Positions 1 through 7,108 of a stretch of DNA of 25,208 nucleotides are shown here, piece after piece. Source of the stretch: a virus (Duplodnaviria; Caudoviricetes); IMG/VR virus record IMGVR_UViG_3300005611_000180, positions 1 to 25,208 of that record, one strand, 5' to 3'. The notes under the pieces were generated by a model that was not told the origin of the DNA, made no database searches, and saw only the letters and a program-made list of their open reading frames with translations. Position numbers and translations under genes: made by a program. Within the stretch, counting starts at the first letter, position 1. Each line of letters opens with the position of its first letter.

Positions 1-22
1 CGTCAGGGAGTTTGTATGGCAT
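1..22 (-). CDS. 5' fragment of a gene running off the window (MPYKLPD...), possibly a fibre-associated/assembly protein
   Basis: ATG at 22..20 is open to the window edge and is preceded by a TAAACT -10-like hexamer at 48..43. Only 7 codons are visible, so the product is a positional guess. Confidence 0.4.
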
Positions 23-78
23 GGTGTCAGGGCATTGCTTTTAGTTTACTGGCAGCGCAAGCGCAGTTGTCTTGTTCC

Positions 79-711
79 CTAGTGGGGTTTAGCGGGGTTG
101 GATTGCAGATAAGCCCACTCGGCTGCCATACAGGCAACTTGGTAGAACATGGGCTCATTGTGGTTTGACTCATGAACCCACTCTTTAACCTGCTCCTTTG
201 TAGGCACTGGTACATTCATCGGGCGCGGGCCAACATAACGCAAGATCGCCTCAATTTCTTCAGGCGTCGCGTCACCTTTGAGCCGGTTAGCGCGACACGA
301 GATCACGCAAACATTACCTTTGACGTAGCCCTTTGTTGAGTCAATACGATCCAACGATGGTGAGTTTGGTGATTGTGGATCAGTCCGCTTGCACTTGCGC
401 TGCTGGATGACGATTGGGATGCCAAGAACAGGGCAGGTCTCGGGAATCATAATGTCACTAAGGTCGATATTGAACTCAAGCCTTTTTGCCCTGGCGCGGT
501 TTCTGGCGTTGTAGAGCATCTTTTGCTCAGGACTGAGCATCCGATACGCATCCACCATGCAGTCAGGACACTTTGATGCTCGGCGTTTGCCAAGGATATC
601 CAATCGCCCGCCTGTTTTGCGTCCCAAGATATAGAAGCGATCAGCAGGCAGCAGCTCCTTGCACGTCGAACACGGCAGCAATGCTGGGCACGGTGTCTTT
701 ACTGCGGTCAT
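79..711 (-). CDS. HNH-family endonuclease with N-terminal zinc finger and a 46-aa C-terminal appendage
   Basis: CSTC...CPDC zinc ribbon, then CPVLG...SLDRIDSTKGYVKGNVCVISCRANRLK, typical of phage HNH-like homing endonucleases. ATGA overlap with the upstream gene. Confidence 0.82.
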   Translation of the reverse strand: MTAVKTPCPALLPCSTCKELLPADRFYILGRKTGGRLDILGKRRASKCPDCMVDAYRMLSPEQKMLYNARNRARAKRLEFNIDLSDIMIPETCPVLGIPIVIQQRKCKRTDPQSPNSPSLDRIDSTKGYVKGNVCVISCRANRLKGDATPEEIEAILRYVGPRPMNVPVPTKEQVKEWVHESNHNEPMFYQVACMAAEWAYLQSNPAKPH

Positions 712-2762
712 GGGTTAGCCTGCGCCCTTGCGGTCTTGAACGGATCACCGGTACTGGTGATGCTGTAGTTATACGTTGAGGCGTTTTGGTTATAGGTGGT
801 GCTGGTAGTACGAATCTTGAATCCATTACTTAATTTGTCCGCGTGCGTGCCAAAAGTAACTGCATTGCCATCGACGGTCATCGCAGTGGGAACACCATTC
901 AGGTAGACGAAGGGACCATCAGCCACGCCATTACCCGTGTAGCTACCGCTGGTCGTAATCGTCGTACTGGGCAGGTTGGTGGTGCAAAGTGCTTTGAAGC
1001 CGCTGGGGGCGGTGTAGGCGAAGGGGCGTTGGCCTGTGTTTAATGTTGTTGACGCAGTGCCGTAGATAGAAAGTGCCGGGAACCAAGTTCCTGTTAAACC
1101 GCTATGTGACTGACCTTGGCTTACGCCATTCTTGTAAAACGTCAGCGTGCCGGCATCCATATCAAGCGCCACGCCGATAACATCATTCAGCGTATAAGTA
1201 GCTCCGTAAGTGGTGTTTTCGGGGTATCGGTTACCGTCCGCCGAGTAATAACCTTTCCCGTCTGACGATGCACCGATATTAGTGTTCACCGACATGGAAG
1301 AATTACCGATACCAATTAACAATGCTGGGGTGCCTAATGTTGTATTGGAAGTTACTTCCCAATAGTACTTGCCAGAACTGACGCCAATAGTTGCGCGAGC
1401 AGAGTGCCAAGAGGCAGTGGAGCTACTTGCATCAAGATTGCCATTGTCAAGTGTGATGTATGAGCCTTTGTCCAGCGGATTCAACGTGCAATAATTCCCC
1501 ACCACCTCACCGCCAACACCAGTGTCTGTCTGGCTGCCATTAGTGGGGGAGTCTACGAGGCTGTCGTTGCCTGACGACGTGATGTAACCTTGAGTTAGGA
1601 CAATATCGTCAATAGTTATATAATACAGGTACGTTCCGTAGCCAGATCCAGACGGAGAGAATAATCGCAGCTTAGTTAGCGACGTTTCTGTGCTTTTATT
1701 TAGAGTGACGGTCTGCCTGCCGCCAGTAACAGGCATGTTTGTATCTGTAGCCACGTTATCGTTAAGGCGAATGACGAAGTTGCCGAGTGTTCCACCGGCA
1801 GCTTCCATGTTTACCTTGATGCTGCTGCCAATCGGGATCGGGGTTCCTAATGCCAGCTCCCAGTAATATGTACCGTAGTTTGGCGTGGCAATTTGAGCAT
1901 AGTCATTTAAGTTGGTGTTATTAAGAACCGCTGCCTGAGTGCCGCCGTAGAGATTGGACGTTACTGTGGGGTTATAAGCATTGACGTTTAGCGATGCTTG
2001 GTCAACGCTGATATTATTAACGGTCCAGTCGTTCCCCTGCCCAGAAGTGTCCGTCCCTAGTGCGGCGGCGGTGCTGTTATCGCTGAAGGGCAGGTGGAAC
2101 CCGTTGGTGCCGTAGCTGCCGGTGTATGCGATGGGTTGCCACACGCCGTTGGTGTCGAACTCACCGAAGCTGCTGGGGTCTAGGGCTTGACCGTCGATGA
2201 AGTGGATGTCGGCTAGGTAGCCGGAGAAATAAAAACCATTAGCCCAAGCACCTATCCTGTGCTCAACAGCAGCGTTAATCTGCCCGTCAAAGTTTTGCGT
2301 AGGATATTGCGTGACTAATAGCTGCGTTTGCAGCACACCATTAACATAGATCTTTATGCGATTAGAGTCTGTTCCTTGCGTTGTGTCCCACGCAACAACA
2401 ACGTGATACCAAGCAGATAGATCTCTAAATACCGCCGAAGTTCGGATGTAAAAGTAGTTTGTCCCGCTACCTTGATATTGCTCAACTTGAAGGGTGTCAG
2501 CTTGGAAATAAATAGCTAATTGGACTGGTGATCCACTGGTTGCGCCTGTGCCAAATAGATGTGTGTTGGTATAGCTGCTTGCAAGCGCACTCCTCTTCAC
2601 CCACCCCGCCCAGGTCCACGTCTTCCTGTTGCCAGCCGATGCAGGTGTTCTGGACAAGAAGCCACTGTCACTACTGTTAAAACGCAAGGATCTGGAGATA
2701 CCCTCAGCAGCAGCGGCTTCAGCAGGTTTTAGAAGCAGTGGGTTCGCAGATCCAGGAATCAT
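708..2762 (-). CDS. LamG/concanavalin-A-like + SPRY domain virion protein, putative receptor-binding fibre tip
   Basis: SLRFN...KTWTWAGWVKR...AWYHVVVAWDTT...IYVNG (LamG-like) and GKYYWEV...VIGVALDMDAGTLTFYKNG (SPRY). Directly follows the tail fibre with an ATGA overlap. Confidence 0.82.
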   Translation of the reverse strand: MIPGSANPLLLKPAEAAAAEGISRSLRFNSSDSGFLSRTPASAGNRKTWTWAGWVKRSALASSYTNTHLFGTGATSGSPVQLAIYFQADTLQVEQYQGSGTNYFYIRTSAVFRDLSAWYHVVVAWDTTQGTDSNRIKIYVNGVLQTQLLVTQYPTQNFDGQINAAVEHRIGAWANGFYFSGYLADIHFIDGQALDPSSFGEFDTNGVWQPIAYTGSYGTNGFHLPFSDNSTAAALGTDTSGQGNDWTVNNISVDQASLNVNAYNPTVTSNLYGGTQAAVLNNTNLNDYAQIATPNYGTYYWELALGTPIPIGSSIKVNMEAAGGTLGNFVIRLNDNVATDTNMPVTGGRQTVTLNKSTETSLTKLRLFSPSGSGYGTYLYYITIDDIVLTQGYITSSGNDSLVDSPTNGSQTDTGVGGEVVGNYCTLNPLDKGSYITLDNGNLDASSSTASWHSARATIGVSSGKYYWEVTSNTTLGTPALLIGIGNSSMSVNTNIGASSDGKGYYSADGNRYPENTTYGATYTLNDVIGVALDMDAGTLTFYKNGVSQGQSHSGLTGTWFPALSIYGTASTTLNTGQRPFAYTAPSGFKALCTTNLPSTTITTSGSYTGNGVADGPFVYLNGVPTAMTVDGNAVTFGTHADKLSNGFKIRTTSTTYNQNASTYNYSITSTGDPFKTARAQANP

Positions 2763-5362
2763 GAGACGTTCAAAATAGCTTGCGCCGTGATGCGACTGGC
2801 GCTCTCTACATAATAGGCAATAACATCAATAGCACTAGCCGTTGTGGTCAAAGTCGGTGCCGTACCACCAGCAAACTTCCAGTAGCTGCCAAATGCCAAC
2901 GTACGCGATCCCGTACCGTCCTGTGTCACCACAATCACACCAGACTGTCCAGCCGTAAGATTGCTTGGGTTTGCCAGTGTCCGGTTACCAGCAAGTGTCA
3001 CGCTGAAATTATTACCAGTAGCAAAATCAGGTGTAATCGTCGCACCATCGGTCAACGCAATTACTGTTCCACGCTGCGCCTTGGTAAAACTCTGCGTTAC
3101 CGCCAGACCCGCAACAGTTGTCGTTGCATCAGGCAGTGTGATGGTCCGATCAGCCGTGGGATCAACAACCGTCAGCGTGGTTTCAAAATCATCCGCCGTA
3201 GCACCTTCAAAGATCAGAGTGCCATCAAGTGTTACGTTGCCGATAAATCGTGCTGTGCTGTCAAATACTGCCGCACCAGTAACATCCAGCGTTCCAGGAA
3301 TATCGACATTGCTAGTAAATTCAGCAGCGGTGCCACCGGCATTGGTTTGCAACAACTGACGTGCAGTGCCGAACTCAAGCTTGCTAACGGCAATTGCAGC
3401 ACTCGCATTGATGTCAGCATTAACAATCGCTCCAGCAGTAAGGCTAGTCACTCCAGCATTGCTAATCGTCACATCACCTGTAACCTCGACTGCGGCGGGA
3501 GTATTTAATGAGTTTCCAACGATTAGCCGCCCGCTATTCAATGCTTCAAGCTTGCTAAAAGCAATGGCCGCGCTCGAATTCACATCAGCATTGACAATCG
3601 TGTCATTAGCAATCATTGCGCTAGTGACAGTGCCAGTATCGCCGGTTGTTACGACATCGCCAGTAACATCTGGAAATGTAATTGTATGATCGCTAGTTGG
3701 ATCTTCAACCGTGATTGTCGTTTCATATTCATCATCTGTGCTGCCTTCAAAAACAATGACAACTCCATCGCCAAGATTTAAGTCACCAGTCAGCGTTCCA
3801 CCAGCTTTTGCTAATTTTTTAGTGTCAAGCTCCTGCAGTACAGCTTGAACATTGTTGCCAGTAATGTCACCTGTAGGCGTGACACTGATGTTTGCAGCGG
3901 TCTGACCGGCAATAGCGTTTGAAACGTCAACCAAGCTAAAGGTTGCGCCAGAACCCAATGACACCAGCATGTCAGGTGGTGCTAGTGCAACAGCAGGTGC
4001 AGCGCCGGAACCCGTACCAGAATCCGAAACAACCACGTAGTAATTCAGGTTGCTAACCGCAGGCGCAGGCAACGCAGACCCTGCAGTAAAACCAGCAGCA
4101 CTACCAGCAGTGGTAACGCTTCCAAGCAAATTTGTACTGGCATCATATGTACCAGCCAGAATCAAATTTCCGCTGATAACGGTAATTGGAACAAACGAGT
4201 TGCCAGTATGAACGTAAAGGTCTTCGTTCTTCTCATCATAGAAAAACTGGCCCTTAAAATCTGCCGCCGGAAAGGTAACAACATTGTCAGTAGCACCAGC
4301 GCCGCCAAATTTGCAGACAGAAGAATCACTAAGTTTTGCGCCAGTAATAGCGCCAGTGCCAATTAATGCGCTACCAATAGTGCCGGTTGTCAGCTTGCTG
4401 GTTGGCAGGTCAGGGATATCTGCAACTTCAATTGATGCACCAACACTGACGTGACCAGTGTCTGTAATTGTGACTTTGGTAAAAGTACCTCCTCCAGCGA
4501 CCTTGACCTCATGATTCAAGACGCCAACACCTGTTACCTCAAGGTCACTTCCAGGAGATACAGCACCTGCCGTTGAATCAGTAGCTACTGGGATATCGCT
4601 AGACTCAACGTCTTTTGTATTAACAACTAGGCCCTTAGCGTTGACATCAACAAGCTTAAAAGTTCCGCCTGATGCGGTAATGTCATTATCGATTTCAATC
4701 TTGCTTGTATCCATACGCAGGCCGTCGCCATCAACCTGAACGCCTCCTTTTGCAGATGAGCTAGCAGTTGGCAGGTCGGTGCCTACAATCGCCCGATAAC
4801 TAACAGCACCTGCAGCTCCGGTCGGTCCAGCGAGAAATTGTGCTGCAGCACTCGTGTCGTCAAGCGTAGTGTTGACAGTTACCTCATCACCGCTGGTCGT
4901 CACTGTGACATTCACGATGCCTGCAATACCACCGACAACAGTGTTGACCGAGCCCGCAGCTTTGATGCTCACCCATTGCGAGCCATCCCAGCAATAAATC
5001 TTGTCGTCATCAGTATCTAGCGCAATCTGTCCCGTAAAAGCACCAGAGGCCGGTAGAGTCGTGACCAAGTCAACAGTTGACTCATCAGCAAGCTTGGCCG
5101 CCGTGACACCATCAGCCGCAAGCTGGTCCGTATCAATTCCCCCGTCAGCAATTGCGGTCCCTGCAATATCACCTGCACTAAAAACGATCTTCGCACCAGG
5201 AATGGTGGCATCAGCAATCAAGGTCGTAGCATTGCCGACCAAATCGGTAACAGTAATCCGTTTAGTCTCACTGGCACTTGAATCAGCCACTGCAAGCTGA
5301 TCAGTTGCCGCAAGGTCAACTCCTGCAAGAGCTGAAAGCTCGCTGATTCTAAGATCCGCCAT
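2759..5362 (-). CDS. Long tail fibre protein
   Basis: 867 aa, G/T/A/S/D-rich, with internal repeats (IVNAD.N..AAIA.SKL; FEG.T.D..ETT.TV.DPT.D.TIT.PD), AGGTLTGDL fibre motif and a C-terminal TQDGTGSRTLAFG...WKFAGGTAPTLT domain. Confidence 0.82.
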   Translation of the reverse strand: MADLRISELSALAGVDLAATDQLAVADSSASETKRITVTDLVGNATTLIADATIPGAKIVFSAGDIAGTAIADGGIDTDQLAADGVTAAKLADESTVDLVTTLPASGAFTGQIALDTDDDKIYCWDGSQWVSIKAAGSVNTVVGGIAGIVNVTVTTSGDEVTVNTTLDDTSAAAQFLAGPTGAAGAVSYRAIVGTDLPTASSSAKGGVQVDGDGLRMDTSKIEIDNDITASGGTFKLVDVNAKGLVVNTKDVESSDIPVATDSTAGAVSPGSDLEVTGVGVLNHEVKVAGGGTFTKVTITDTGHVSVGASIEVADIPDLPTSKLTTGTIGSALIGTGAITGAKLSDSSVCKFGGAGATDNVVTFPAADFKGQFFYDEKNEDLYVHTGNSFVPITVISGNLILAGTYDASTNLLGSVTTAGSAAGFTAGSALPAPAVSNLNYYVVVSDSGTGSGAAPAVALAPPDMLVSLGSGATFSLVDVSNAIAGQTAANISVTPTGDITGNNVQAVLQELDTKKLAKAGGTLTGDLNLGDGVVIVFEGSTDDEYETTITVEDPTSDHTITFPDVTGDVVTTGDTGTVTSAMIANDTIVNADVNSSAAIAFSKLEALNSGRLIVGNSLNTPAAVEVTGDVTISNAGVTSLTAGAIVNADINASAAIAVSKLEFGTARQLLQTNAGGTAAEFTSNVDIPGTLDVTGAAVFDSTARFIGNVTLDGTLIFEGATADDFETTLTVVDPTADRTITLPDATTTVAGLAVTQSFTKAQRGTVIALTDGATITPDFATGNNFSVTLAGNRTLANPSNLTAGQSGVIVVTQDGTGSRTLAFGSYWKFAGGTAPTLTTTASAIDVIAYYVESASRITAQAILNVS

Positions 5363-5397
5363 GTTTAGACCGGAAAGCTTTTAATTTTTATATGGCA

Positions 5398-5403
5398 AGT
5401 CTA
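5398..5403 (-). promoter_or_regulatory. Candidate -10 element (TAGACT) upstream of the tail fibre gene
   Basis: TAnnnT hexamer in the AT-rich 44-nt gap before the fibre ATG at 5362. No clear -35. Confidence 0.3.
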
Positions 5404-5406
5404 GCT

Positions 5407-6303
5407 TCAATCCTCCTCTTCCAACAGGAGGTAGGAGCTGTCGTCTTGTTCAAGCGCAATCTTGTCCCCATCTTCCTGCAGCAGATAGCGTCTAGCTTCA
5501 GTTAGAGCTTTGATCTTGATTGGTCCTGTAGTCACAAATTCAATACTGCTAATAACAACATCGCCAGGACGAAACTCTGTAGCAGCATTTGTCACAATAG
5601 CGTCAAACTCCCACCAAAGCGCATCGTTAGTTTGCGTTGCGGCAAACGATCCACTTGCTGCAGACGTATTTGCTGATTTGATGTAAAACTTGGCATGAAA
5701 TGATGATCCAATTTCAGTGCGAAGAATCAACTGCATTAAATAATGCGCTGGCTCTTTGCCTGTATTGTTTGCATAATCCCACTCAGCGTTTAACCTGCCA
5801 CTACCGCTGATCAAGGTACTGTATTGCTGGCGATGTTGATCGCTTAATACAGTCACATCTACAGTTTCTCGACTTGTATTCAACTCATATTCCGTAATTG
5901 CTGCGAGCAGACGTGAGTCTCGATCTCTAACTACTACACGAATTGGAATTGTGCGCGTAATCGCGTTCAAAGAAACAAGTCCTGTGCTTGAGCCCTCAAG
6001 ACTGTTGTCAAAAGTGTCATATAACTTGATTCCCCCCAAGTCGTCAATAAATACATACCAATTCCCGCTGGCTTGCACCGTGTTGTTGTCCCAGCCTGCG
6101 GCATCAACAAAATCTAAAGTCGTCCCGTCAGTTGATGTAATTTCAATCAGATCACCAGTAATTAAATAACCGTCTTCAAAATCAAAACTAAATCGATTTC
6201 GTGTTGCATTAACATCAGATCGATCGACACGAGATTCCATAGAACCTTCTAGCGATTTTCTAGTTAATTCAATGTTGCCGATATTGCCAAGAAAGATACC
6301 CAT
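5407..6303 (-). CDS. Tail-tube-fold structural protein with inserted domain and acidic C-terminal LLxE repeats (putative fibre-anchoring ring)
   Basis: Residues ~131-263 align by eye with the neighbouring 141-aa tube-like protein. The C-terminus is YLLQEDGDKIALEQDDSSYLLLEEED. Confidence 0.6.
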   Translation of the reverse strand: MGIFLGNIGNIELTRKSLEGSMESRVDRSDVNATRNRFSFDFEDGYLITGDLIEITSTDGTTLDFVDAAGWDNNTVQASGNWYVFIDDLGGIKLYDTFDNSLEGSSTGLVSLNAITRTIPIRVVVRDRDSRLLAAITEYELNTSRETVDVTVLSDQHRQQYSTLISGSGRLNAEWDYANNTGKEPAHYLMQLILRTEIGSSFHAKFYIKSANTSAASGSFAATQTNDALWWEFDAIVTNAATEFRPGDVVISSIEFVTTGPIKIKALTEARRYLLQEDGDKIALEQDDSSYLLLEEED

Positions 6304-6728
6304 TAGATTGTTACCCCAGTCAACGCACCAGTGCCTTGGAAGCTAATTTGAGCAGAGCTGACTTCTCCTACACCAACAGAATAGCTAACGCTTGTAACAT
6401 AAGCAGTCAGACGCACATCATGATTTTTGTTTCCCTCAACAAGTCGCAAACGCAAATCAACAGTATCGCCGCTCTCCACCCCTGAAATTTTTAATACTTT
6501 TTTTAGTGCTGTTGCCGCGTCATTACGCCCACCATCATCGTTGTAATACAACAAGGACGCACTGCCGCTAAACTCTTGCACGCCTGGCACATAAGTGCGC
6601 TGATCGTCTCCCAGCGTTGTTGTCTCCAACACCTCCAACGATCCAGTCAAAGACCAGTTCGTGACCTTGACCTGAGTGGTGCCATCAATTAAAAGACGGC
6701 CATCGCGGCCTGTATACATCTTGGCCAT
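6303..6728 (-). CDS. Minor tail-tube-fold protein
   Basis: YTGRDG.L...VTNWSL...ETTTLGD...YVPG...SGS...ISFQGTGAL pattern, characteristic of siphoviral tube proteins. Confidence 0.7.
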   Translation of the reverse strand: MAKMYTGRDGRLLIDGTTQVKVTNWSLTGSLEVLETTTLGDDQRTYVPGVQEFSGSASLLYYNDDGGRNDAATALKKVLKISGVESGDTVDLRLRLVEGNKNHDVRLTAYVTSVSYSVGVGEVSSAQISFQGTGALTGVTI

Positions 6729-7108
6729 CAGAGTAGTGCCGCCACCAGATTCACTGTAACCGAGCTGATGCCTGGGCGCACCTGTTGCATTTGCGGAGCC
6801 AACTCATATCTCCAACGATTTCCCCAATATTCCGCGCCAATTGACTCTCCCTTGCCACCCCAGCCACGCTTTGCATTATCTAGCAACGCAAAAGTCTGAA
6901 ACGTGCCCTGCATTTCGTGGTAATGCTCACCAAACTGCTCAGCTTGCAAATCAGTCAGATTGCTGTAAACAAGCTGCAACTTCATTCCAGTGCGCTTGCT
7001 TCCGTAGAGAATACGAATCTCTTTGCCGTCTTGAGCACGGTATTTCTTGACTGGGAAATCACCAGCCTCGTAAGATCTTGCAGTCGGGGTAAAGTTGGGA
7101 AAGTTCAT
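6728..7108 (-). CDS. Distal tail protein (lambda gpM/Dit-like)
   Basis: 126 aa. The pattern FP..TP...Y...AQDG.E.RI.YG...L.YSNL...F..HY....G.FQTF fits gpM/Dit-like proteins. Confidence 0.55.
   Translation of the reverse strand: MNFPNFTPTARSYEAGDFPVKKYRAQDGKEIRILYGSKRTGMKLQLVYSNLTDLQAEQFGEHYHEMQGTFQTFALLDNAKRGWGGKGESIGAEYWGNRWRYELAPQMQQVRPGISSVTVNLVAALL

Noticed and set aside
27-215. 62-aa alternative-frame ORF overlapping the HNH 3' end
   Set aside because: No recognisable motif, and the HNH-frame peptide over the same bases looks more like a real protein.
2780-5300. Several plus-strand ORFs opposite the tail fibre, and other short antisense ORFs across the window
   Set aside because: Fully nested antisense to well-supported genes, with compositions that mirror the sense codons.
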